Shown: piece by piece, positions 53,133-63,152 of the stretch
Layout: each line of letters starts with the position of its first letter
How positions within the stretch are numbered: position 1 is the stretch's first letter
Source: Marsupella aquatica
Taxonomy: Eukaryota > Plantae > Marchantiophyta
Assembly (NCBI GenBank): GCA_973895155.1
Contig: OZ316896.1
Coordinates: forward strand, 9,807,525-9,871,524
DNA length: 64,000 nucleotides
Direction: 5' to 3'
Notes under the pieces: generated by a model
Told to the model about the DNA's origin: nothing
The model's input: the letters and a program-made list of their open reading frames with translations, nothing else
Databases searched by the model: none
Program-made: the position numbers and the translations under genes

Positions 53133-56100
53133 TGTCGCGCCGCTAACCTGGGCCTTAAATCCAGTTTAGTGCCATGGTGCGACCTCGACCACTAGTAAGG
53201 GTGAGGGTTCGAGCAAGGAGGTGTGCAATGACCTCAATTAGCCCTAAGTCGGGCTAAGTCGATATACTTACCGGTATAACACCTGAATAATTCGTACTAG
53301 TCATAGGTATATTTGTTTTCCACCGCTAGAATATTCCCTCAGTTAGTGACTCAGACTAACTCCCGGCTTGGGGCCTTTCAAGCCATCGACACGACAGGAC
53401 CTTGTGACATACAATGAGGGGCAATCCCTATCATTAGTCCGCACCCGGTACGTCCCTTAAAATGGCGCCTTTACCCAGACAAAGCATACACACAACACCA
53501 GTTACTTGCAGAAACATTAGGGGGAAAAGACTACATTTACTCAGCGAAGCATCAGTTTACATGGTTGACTCGACTTCAAAGGGGGTCAGCAGGCCCAACG
53601 GCAGTCGATGCCCAGTCTCTACGAGACCCTGCCTCGCACTTGCCCAGCAAGCTCGACTCTAGCTCTCACTCCTTGGTGCACTCTGACCCTGCTCAGGCCG
53701 GGACTCTCCGTGCCTCACCTTCCCTTTGCTGAGATAACTAAGCCTTCTCCCCTTCCTTAGCGGAAGGGGACGCCTAAATACTACAATCACGGAGGAGAGC
53801 TGGAGGATACTGCCTTCCGGGATACTACCTACTGACTAACTACCTACTGACTACTGGCCGCGCCGTACTGACTGGTTGACCGTCGACGACAAGGTGCTGA
53901 CCGGGATGGCAGCGACCAATCCTATTGACAAATTCTAGTTCGTTGATGGACTCTATCCTACGTTGGCTGATCCTAACTCATCCGGCCCTAATTCTTCTTA
54001 CTGCCGCTAATCGGTGCCTAATGATAGTCATTCTGTCGTTACGCCTAACCAAAAGATGCCGCTGCCTTAACTTCCTCGCGCGGCGCCTGCTTCCACTCTT
54101 CGCTAACTACCCCTTACGTGTGTGCAGTGGTTGGACCAGGGCTGGTTCCCTTGTCGGGACGAGACCTTGAGCCGCCTTGATCAAAGGTGGGCCCAGGTTT
54201 TCCCCGCTGGAGGATGAGCAGGGTAATGCGGTCCTGCAAAGCCTTGTTGTCCCGTACTGCTTCCTGTGCCTCGTTTGCAGCTTCATCGGCCTCGGTCTGG
54301 AGCCGCGCTACCTCCAAGTTGAGCTGGTCGATGGCGTCGCGATGGACCTGGTCCTGCGCTAGCAATTTATCTCGTTCAGCGGAGAGACTAGCCACCTGCT
54401 GTGCTGCCTGCAGGAATTGTTTGTTGAAGTCGGTCAGGCTGGTAACCCGAGCCAAAGATTCTGAGCGTAATTGAAGCACAGTGTTATCCAGCTTCTTGAG
54501 TTCGACCTGCGCTCCGCTTAACTCCTGGTTTAGTCCGTCCCTCTGTTCGACGGTGTGGACTAACTCCTCGCGTCGGGTTGTTGCCTCCTCCTCGAGGTGC
54601 TCTACCAACATCTGGAGGCGCCCGATCTCATTCCCCTTCGCCATGAGTTCTTCTTCTAGGCGACTTACGATCCGTGGTTGGTGCTCTAACATGAAGAAGG
54701 CTGGTTGAAAGTACGCCGAGACTTATTATCCGATGTACGTCGCCAGCTCCCCAGACATAGTCTGGCTAAACTTCTGGACCAGGTCGTAGGCCATGGTCCC
54801 CGGGGCTACTTGGTAGTCCTCCATCCTCTCGGGTACCGGTGGTTCCTCGGCAGGGGCAATGAGCTCCTCCGTAGTCAGCACTGGAGAGGGGAAGGTCTCT
54901 TCAGGTGGTGGAGGGATTGGGGGTGGTTGTACTGCGGGTAGCGGAGGCTCGACGGAAGGGGGCGGTGGAATTTCCACAGGGGGCGGTGGCGGAGTATTAG
55001 TCGGGGCTTCCGGCTCGGGGTTTGCCCGAGGGACGGTAGTCCGCGTAGTCGGGGTTGCCTCCTCTGGGGCGGGGATGACATTACCCGGGGCTGAGGTGGC
55101 CATATTCTTTCCTCTGGCCTCCCGCCGTGCCTTGTACCAGGCGAGGATAATGGCGATATGACTTCCCAAGTAAGTCTTCCCCCCAATAGCCATACCACCC
55201 TGAGCCCGCTTCAGCTCCCCCGAGAATCTTTGGTAGAAGAATTGGGCCCAGTTTCATCGTTTGTACTGTTCCACCTGCACGATCGTGTAGAGGGAAATCT
55301 CGGATCATGGCTCAATCATGTGTAGGGTAGTCCGTATGAAGTTAAGCCGCTCCATACAGGTTAAGTTGGTGCACGCCCCCTGCTTGTATCCGTTGTCCGT
55401 CTTACCCTCGGGTTTGAAGTGCCGCGGCGTATACTCCTTATCCCGAATTCGGATTTCCACCGGCACCGGCCCGGTTGGTAGGCAGAAAATTTGCGTTAAC
55501 CGATGCTCCGTGAGTGATAAGGCCTGCCCCGAAACCTTGGTGGTCGACGCGTCAATATCGAAATTGGAGATGAACTCAAAAATCTCCTTCGGTGATGTCC
55601 TTCAGCTTAAAGAACTTCGCTGGAACCTCAAGAATCGCCTCTGCTACCGATCTAAGCCCTTCCTCGCTGAGATATAGTTCGGTGATGTAGTCTCGCAGCT
55701 TGTTGTAGCTAGAATCCCTGGTGATGGCTGTCCTTTCGCAATTAACCAGTGCTACCTTGGTTACCAGCTTCGCGTACCTTCGTTCGTAAGCGGCTTTCTC
55801 GGGGCAAGAGTACCAGTAAGTCTCGGAGAACTTAGCACCTACCTCGCCAAACAAGGTCCAAAATCCCAAGGCTGTGAGGGTCATACTAACCTTGTAGTCC
55901 GGTTCGTTGAGTCCGCGTTCCCACCCGGCTGGTCCTCTGTCTCGTGGAGGCCTCGCTCGTCTTGACTAAATCTTGCCACATTCCGCTCTTCTCCCTCGAT
56001 AATCTCCTTGTAAAGGTCGACTCGATTCGATCAACAGGGCCAATGGGTGGCAACGTCCGCAAATTCAAAGAAAGGTAGACATGAGCAAATGGCCCGCAGC

Positions 56101-56438
56101 ACCATCGGCTCCTCTCTTATGAAGGTGCCAGGATGAGCCCGAGCGTGAGAAGGCCAGGCCGTTTTGGTCATTGATAGCGAGCTGAAGTCGGCGCCTCGGT
56201 CCAAGCGTGATTCTTCTAACTGATTTTTACTCCGCTGCCACCACCGTACCTCAGTCGCGCGTAATAATCCCCTTCCTTAACTCGTAATGATTCGATCATC
56301 TTAACCTACTCCTAATCTAATCATAATGGCAATAGACGGCTATACGTGCTATTCTACACTATGGCTACGGTCCTAATGACCATATAAGTCCTAATCTACG
56401 ACCTGGGTTTGGTCAAGTGACACGTTACCCGTGTCACA
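53133..56438 (-). repeat. 5' LTR of the gypsy element (3306 bp, net internal deletion of about 535 bp)
   Basis: Same termini as the 3' LTR; about 32 substitutions counted by eye in the first ~980 bp (about 3%). Confidence 0.9.
54114..55884 (-). pseudogene. Second copy of the LTR-embedded accessory gene (internally deleted)
   Basis: ORFs 55884-55576, 55193-54726 and 54692-54114 are near-identical to those in the 3' LTR. Confidence 0.75.
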
Positions 56439-56443
56439 CTTTC

Positions 56444-56907
56444 TTCATTTCAATCACGAGCACGATGTGGCTATTAAGGTGTATGTTGGTTTATGTGATT
56501 TTGGCTTGTCTAAGCATAAATCACAGTGCAAATTACCAGCTAATCGGATGTGGCTCACAACAACAGAAAAAGCAGCAGCATACCAAAAACAATTTCCACA
56601 GTTGGCTCCGGAGCTTGTTCAACCTACCCCTGTCGAGTTTAGCGAAAGTACCAATATATATGCTTTGGGGAATATTTTTGAGACATTGTTGACAGAGAAT
56701 TGGGATGGAATGTCTAAGGGTTCACGGTTTTTGGGGAGGGGTTGGAGTGCACAAGTGCATGGCCCCAAATTGGATATCATAATTCGTGAAATGATGGCCA
56801 CGGATGCGAAGAAAAGAATGGATTGTGCTTTTTGGAGTTTGAAGATAGTTCGAACGTTTCCAGATTGCAGATTGCATTTGCACAACAGTCCACATCTTAG
56901 AGATTAG
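56444..56907 (+). pseudogene. Protein kinase pseudogene, 3' part (subdomains VII-XI)
   Basis: LCDFGLS, LAPE, STNIYALG, IIREMM..DAKKR. Removing the gypsy element and one TSD copy rejoins ..GNIF|LHFNHEHD... Confidence 0.88.
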
Positions 56908-57079
56908 AGATTAGGGTTTACACAGTTTTGTAAAGGTCATCTTAACGATTATATGTCAATTACAATGTTCTGTATTTTGTTCATAATATTCTATCAAACT
57001 TTGTCGTGAATGCCCAAAATTGTGCTAAATGTGTTTGTACAATGTCAAATGTCGCAGACTTTTTGTACACATCGCAAAC

Positions 57080-59331
57080 ATGGTACGATGGGAATTGTCT
57101 TCTGATGATGAAGACAAAGAGTTCACGACACAACATCCTACCATGCAAGATGGTCAAGGACCCTATTGTGACGATGAAGCTTTTCGTAATACTGTGTTGG
57201 ATAATCTTACAACCATTGGCATTCACTATGAGGCTAAACCCAAGGTTGATGGAACACCGGCTCAGGGGTCTCACTATATGGGGACCTCCCTATCGCCTGC
57301 GACGTTTTTAGGCCTCGGACCCCCTAAAATGCAAGAAGAAAAATATTATTTTTTAACCCCTATAAAGTTAGAATATTCTTGGAATATTCTAAAAATTGGA
57401 TTAAAAAGACCCTAATGTTCTTATAAGTCTCAAAATTGAATTTAAAAGACCCTATTGTTCTTCTACAAAAATTCTTAAGTCTTCCCTTAGAACCAATAAA
57501 ATGACCCTATCCTTCGTCGCATGTGATATGCCATTTTTGTGGAAGTGAAACCCCCGAGAACACCGGCGCCAAACACAAGAAGATGGGAAGATGAGGGTAC
57601 GAAGGATGAATGGAGTATATTAACGCCCAATATAAATCCTCCCCATGACGAATGGCCTATCAATGCAAAGGAATTGGAGATGTTGATGCCAAAGAAAGAC
57701 TTTTGGCCATTAGCACAAAAAGTTTTTCACGATCCGGATGTTTGGGCAACAAGATCATGGGCGCAAGAAAATTCACCATGTCCAAAGTAACACATGCAGG
57801 TGTTAAATCGCATTGGCAACAACGATATCGAGAGTTTGCTCCACACAAAGCCCAAACAAAAATGAGTTCCGTTTACCCTCCTTTTATCCAATGTCTGATT
57901 GCTGAATTTATTCTGAAGTGGAAGGTGGATTACCGTTGGGAAAATAGTGCTGGCAAGCTGACTCATCAGGTGCATCCATCAGTGGTTGCGATTGCAACGA
58001 ACAGGAATACAACTATTGCAAAGGACCCTTCAATGGAGACTTCCAACAAGGGATCCAAAAGAAAGCTAGATGAGACTGGGGAGGGATATGCGCATCAGAA
58101 GGGGAAAGCGACTGTACTTCCTCGAGTCTCCATGCCTGATCGTGCAGCACCACCAACCAATGTGGAGTCCACGCACACCAAAAACCCAATCCTTGTAGGT
58201 GTTGGGAGTAGAACTCCACATGCAAAGAACAACAATGTTACTGATGCTAACAAGGATAAGTTCAACCTGCACAACATATGCAAGAGCTTGGGGGCAGATG
58301 TTGCTGAGGTGATTGAGACAAATCTCTGCACGAAGTATGTAGTGGAGCTATGTGAATGTGGCAACATCGAAAAGTTTAAGTCACAATTGCAACAAGCTGA
58401 TTTAAAGATGAAATCACTTGAGAAGAACCAGAACGAGCCGACGACCAATTCTGAAGTGATGTTGTACAAGTGTCAATTGTTTGACAAGATGGAAGAAATC
58501 AATAAGTTGAAAAAACAACTTGCTGAAAAAGAACATCAATGCAATGAACTGGCACGACTTGAGGAGAAGGACAAGATCATTAATGATCTTAAAAGTGAAC
58601 TTGCAACACAAGCAGTCATCATATCAAATCTTCACGAAGAGGTGCAAGAATTTAACAATGGTGCTTTGGGGATGGGGTCAAACAAAGGGGAAGGAGAATT
58701 GTCGTCGCCAAATTTTGTTAACATGCAAATCATAGATCCTACAGGGCACAACAACCTTTTTCCAGATGTGGAGGTTGACGCGGAAGGTATTGAGAGGTTT
58801 TTTGATAAGTGGAAAAAGGATGAAACTATGGCAGCATTTGTTCGTGAAAAGGATGACAAGTGTACTTGGTGCCTATATCCTTGGGGCCCTGAATCTGTTT
58901 CCATGTTGGGAACCTGCGGTCATATATGGCATCATGCTTGCTTGTCTAAATGGTTGAAGAAAAGCCGAAAATGTTGGTGTCGCACACCATTTCATGAACG
59001 CGAGTATGAGCAACGAGGATTGTTGAAGCAAATGCCATCAATGGAGACTCAACAAAACACTGAAGAAATGACTGAAGACACTATACTGGCGATGCAAATA
59101 GATGAAACTCCCATTGAACATTTCACAATCAATGAATATAATTTGTCAGATGGGGAATTTGACAGGTTGTTATTCAGTGGTCGACTCGACGAGTGGAAAC
59201 AATATGCGACAGCCAACCAGCCATCAATAGATGAGCAAAATTTGCAACGATCCATTCGGCGCCATCGACGACGTCAACAACAAGCAGAGGTGAAAACAGA
59301 AGCCGTCGACAACAACAACAAAAGGAACTGA
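57080..59331 (+). pseudogene. Coiled-coil plus RING-H2 protein gene, interrupted by a MITE and one frameshift (about 57780)
   Basis: Removing the MITE restores KPKVDGTP|APNTRRWEDE. Central coiled coil; RING-H2 CTWC-x14-CGH-x2-H-x2-C-x10-CWC at 58861-58980; no introns evident. Confidence 0.75.
57261..57558 (+). mobile_element. MITE, copy C of the 8-bp-TSD family
   Basis: TIRs CTCAGGGGTCTCACT / AGTGAAACCCCCGAG; perfect TSD AACACCGG (57253-57260, 57559-57566); 3' ~55 bp homologous to copy A. Confidence 0.88.
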
Positions 59332-60081
59332 AACCAATAGTCTCTACATTTTGATGTTATTTTTATGCACTTACTATTAGAGACCTTTTGTTAAAATAGA
59401 AGCGGCATAACCTCTTTGACAATTGTTTTCAACTTGTAATTGGTAAAGAGATTTTGGAGTGACATTACATTGCCTATCCCGTTGAGTACATATATTTTTC
59501 ATTGGGGGCATGACGTCGCCTTTTGGAGAATGTGTATTTTCGTCAGAGTACTCCATCCTCCAATCAGCCATAGGTTTTGGAAGCATATTGTCGGGCTCAC
59601 AATCATATTTTTGGACACACAAAATGACACCGTAACAAAATTGGGATTCTAATGATTGAAAGAGTGGGAATGTTGTTCAATACAGATGTTTACAAGTATG
59701 TTAGCGCCTTAGGTTATGTACACCGGTCGCGGGCATAATTACAAAGTAAACTCACAAAAATTTGCCTACATGAGAAGGTTTGTGAAAGTAATGGAGGTTC
59801 GAGACCAATTTGATGGTCGTAATGTGGACTCCCAAAATTTGTCAATTTTTGCAATTGGTGACAAGTATGGGGAAAATAGATGTGATGAGAGACGGTAACA
59901 CAGTGGACTCAGGTACTGATCCTTCTCTGAAATCATTTCCAAAAGGAGGTCATGTAGCACAATGAGTTCAACAAAGTCAACATCGCAATGGTTTTAGCCG
60001 CCCAAGTTGAGAATGATTTTGTAGAAGGATGTATACCTAAGTCCACTCACTTTTCCTGTCTTTCATAATTTTTTCCGCTAT

Positions 60082-60515
60082 TGCTGCTACGGCCAATGAC
60101 ATTCATGCACATGCGAACCAAGGCCAACGCCTACTCCTTTGCCCACCGCAAAAATGGGCCCTCATTACAACTTGAAGTTGAACGGAGTTTATTTGAGTAT
60201 GAGAGGTGTTCTGAAAGCAAATGCACTCTCAGGTCAAATTTTCAGGTCCTTCGACCAGAAAATTACTGAGTATGCCATCAATCCGTTGGTTTCACAACTT
60301 CTCTCGTACTCAAATAAACTCTGTTCAACTTCAAGTAGCGCAGCTGCTACGGCCAATGACATTCATGCGCATGCAAACCGAGACCAACGCTTACTCCTTT
60401 GCCCACCCCAGAAATGGGCCCTCATTACAACTTGAAGTTGAACAAAGTTTATTTCATTATGAGAAGGTTTATTCAAGCAACGGCACTCTCAGATCAAATT
60501 TTCAGGTCCTCTCGA
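60082..60515. repeat. Direct repeat with a period of about 260 bp
   Basis: GCTGCTACGGCCAATGACATTCATGC...AAATGGGCCCTCATTACAACTTGAAGTTGAAC...TCAAATTTTCAGGTCCT occurs twice. Confidence 0.85.
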
Positions 60516-60645
60516 CTTTATTATTATTGAATATGTGGGTGCTCCGTTGCGTGAATAAATCTTTTGATAGTGAAATGAACTGACCAATGATTGGAGTACG
60601 GCTGCTACGGCCTATGGCATTAATTCGCACAATTGCACCTGCCTC

Positions 60646-60900
60646 TCCTCTCCTTTTCAAATTCCAATTCGAGCTTGGACATCCTCTCGTCAGCTGGTCT
60701 CCACCATTTCAGCTGCTCTTCACGCTAACCGAGATGGCAGCCTCTGGAATCCTCGAACCTATTTTATTTCAATGCATCATTCATAGTGTTTGAGGAATCC
60801 AGAGGCGTTGCCTTTGGTTCGCATGAAGAGCAGTTGAAAGGGTGAAGACCAGCTGACGAGAGGATGTCCAAGCTCGAATTGGAATTCAAAAAGGAGAGGA
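60646..60900. repeat. Inverted repeat with arms of about 113 bp and a loop of about 30 nt
   Basis: 60646-60758 is the reverse complement of 60788-60900 with scattered mismatches. Confidence 0.9.
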
Positions 60901-61808
60901 TATAAACAGATGAAGTTGACAAGCTTCTCGACCAATACTGACAGTGTATGATTGCATTCCATGGATAATTACATGATCATAGTGTAGTCCCTAAACTTGC
61001 AATTGGTGACAAGTGTGGGGAAAATAGATGTCATGAGAGTCAATAGCACTGTGGACTCAGGTACTGATCCTTCTCTGAAATCATTTTTGAAAATGATTAT
61101 TCACAATGGTTTCGACAATAAGTTGAGAATGATTTTGTAGAAGGATGGGTACCTAAGTCCGATGTGTTCCCGTCTTTTATCATAATTTCCGCTATTGCTG
61201 TCTGTACATAGTCATCATATCTTTTCATAGTGACAAAGTTAGATGTTTTTAGCGACTTGAGATCGGTGACTGTATTTTGCGTTTGCATATCAATTCGGTG
61301 ATCGATCTTGCAAAATTCCCGTGACCCTGTCTGATCATCATCATGGCATTGCTCTCCTTGGCCACCAATTGCTCGTACAATGAATTGATGCCGTAGCAGC
61401 CGTACTCCATTAATTGGGTTCACGACCAGGTACTGAAAACAATTGCTAACGTTTTTCCAATTCTACTCACGCCTAGTTTATACCGTATAGACTACAACGT
61501 ACCATGGATAAGCGTACCATGGATAAGTGTACCATGGAGAAGTGCAGACGAAGTGAGGAATTACTGATTATGTGGCCGATGTGTTCATTTCACAACTTCT
61601 CTTGTACTCAAATAAACTCTGCCCAACTTCAAGTAGTGCAGCTGCTACGGTCAACGACATTCAATCATTGTACAATAATAAAAGGTACAACACACTGCAA
61701 GATAATACAATCATGTTACAAAAAATATAACTGTTTATAATTTTGTCTATGTCAGTTAAGACAATATAAGAGTAGCAACATTTGATATTATCCTAATGGA
61801 AAGATGCT

Positions 61809-62411
61809 TCAAGGCTGTGAAGAGAAATTTCGTGCATTGTTGTTACGATTGTTGCGCAAAAGCGCATTCCACTCGTCTTGTTTATCGCCCCAACTGAGTG
61901 GATCACGATTGTATGACTGAACATTGTGCGATGTTTCTTGAAATGATGATATTCCTCGAAACCCACCAAGGCCAATAGGCCTGTTCGACGTATATGGATT
62001 CATGACACTTGGCCCTACATACGCATTGAAGGGTGGACCTGCATGGTGTTGCCAGTTTGCATGTGGGTCGTTTGAAGTTTGACCTTCATGATTGTTGTAT
62101 CCATGGAAAAAGGTTGATGTCCTTCCATCCGTCGGATGCCCTACTGTGCCTGTGCATTCCTCGTCGAAATATGGTCTGCTTGTGTCCACATCATTTGCGA
62201 AGTTCGACCAAGGTGACCTTGGTTGGGAAGGCATCACAAAGTCTGTGTCCAGTGATGCATCTTCGTCGTCTTTGATTTGCGATTCATGAATTGTAGGATA
62301 CATCTCCAAATCCATTTCATTCTCCCATTCCCCTGCATCAATGATGTCTATATCTGGTGGAATATGAGTCAAGAACTCACTATCCTTATCTAGTGAAACT
62401 CCGTGTAGCAA
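61809..62411 (-). CDS. Acidic, low-complexity ORF or exon (about 200 aa), unknown function
   Basis: Long open frame with protein-like D/E-rich then N/P-rich composition; no recognised domain. Confidence 0.35.
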   Translation of the reverse strand: MLHGVSLDKDSEFLTHIPPDIDIIDAGEWENEMDLEMYPTIHESQIKDDEDASLDTDFVMPSQPRSPWSNFANDVDTSRPYFDEECTGTVGHPTDGRTSTFFHGYNNHEGQTSNDPHANWQHHAGPPFNAYVGPSVMNPYTSNRPIGLGGFRGISSFQETSHNVQSYNRDPLSWGDKQDEWNALLRNNRNNNARNFSSQP

Positions 62412-62545
62412 TTCATCAGTGTAAACGATAAAAATTACACCGGCGATATTATAGTTTTTTTTAGGTTTAGAAGTGTCAACTAGAGGTCAACCAAGAGTAT
62501 TTAGGAAGTAGTAAGCAAGGACCAGTGGTTATTCATTTTGTTGAG

Positions 62546-63152
62546 ATGACAGAAAGGCTGGAAGTAGGGAAGGCGACAATCATCTCGATTAACGGTCGTG
62601 TAGGAGTCGAGTTCTGCTATGAAGGCTGCGATGGCCTACTAGCAGATGGCAGAGTATGTGCCTTAAGCACAAGAGCTCGACAGAGAAGGCAAGGGGGGGC
62701 GAATATAGGAACCCCTGTTAGTAGGAATCGGTTAGCTCATGAGTGTAAGTCGCTAGGCAAAGGAGTGCCTATGTTCATGTTCACTATTTGGATCAAAGAA
62801 GGAAGCTGTCGTGTATGGGATGCGGCGGGGCAACAATTGTTCGGAATGAAGGGCGAAGAGTTCCGCCAACGATTCACCACCGGCGAGGCCAATCGAAGAA
62901 CTCTATAGAAAGGTCATGCGGAAGAAATGGAATCTACTGCTAAGACTGGAGAACAGCCACGATCAGCGGATTACATGGCGATTAATCACCGCCAAACAAG
63001 TAATCGTGGCCGGCAAACCGAGCAACCCCAAGGAAGATGACAGAAGTCAGGAGGTCGAGGCACATATGGCAAGATTAACAATCGGAAGTCCGGAAGCTTC
63101 CGCATCAGGCGCAACCGAAGGGAATCGAGGAGGCCGTTGCACAGTTCAGTAA
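62546..63152 (+). pseudogene. Stand-alone RPA70 C-terminal (DBD-C)-like zinc/OB-fold ssDNA-binding protein, one frameshift at about 62890
   Basis: ATIISI..FCYEGC..C..HEC..PMFMFTIWI...VWDAAGQQLFGMKGEEF..ELYRKVMRKKWNLLLRLE..RITWRLI resembles the Rep_fac-A_C pattern (YxAC..C; F..AE.LLG..A.EL). Recognised by eye only. Confidence 0.6.

Larger units (their letters stand above)
42517..56438 (-). mobile_element. Ty3/gypsy LTR retrotransposon (non-chromovirus, Athila-like), 13.9 kb, with giant LTRs
   Basis: TG...CA termini; 5-bp TSD CTTTC (42512-42516, 56439-56443); direct repeats 42517-46357 and 53133-56438; gag-PR-RT-RH-INT order; no chromodomain or extra archaeal RNase H seen. Confidence 0.95.

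Noticed and set aside
43504-55677. Many plus-strand ORFs within the gypsy element
   Set aside because: They are antisense shadows of GC-rich minus-strand coding sequence.
42517-56438. Long direct repeats as an assembly artefact or simple segmental duplication
   Set aside because: About 3% divergence, a private deletion, TG..CA termini, a PPT-like tract and a perfect 5-bp TSD indicate true LTRs.
57652-57780. N-terminus of the called 559-aa ORF
   Set aside because: The protein-like frame here is the overlapping one (57539-57790), which joins the upstream part once the MITE is removed.
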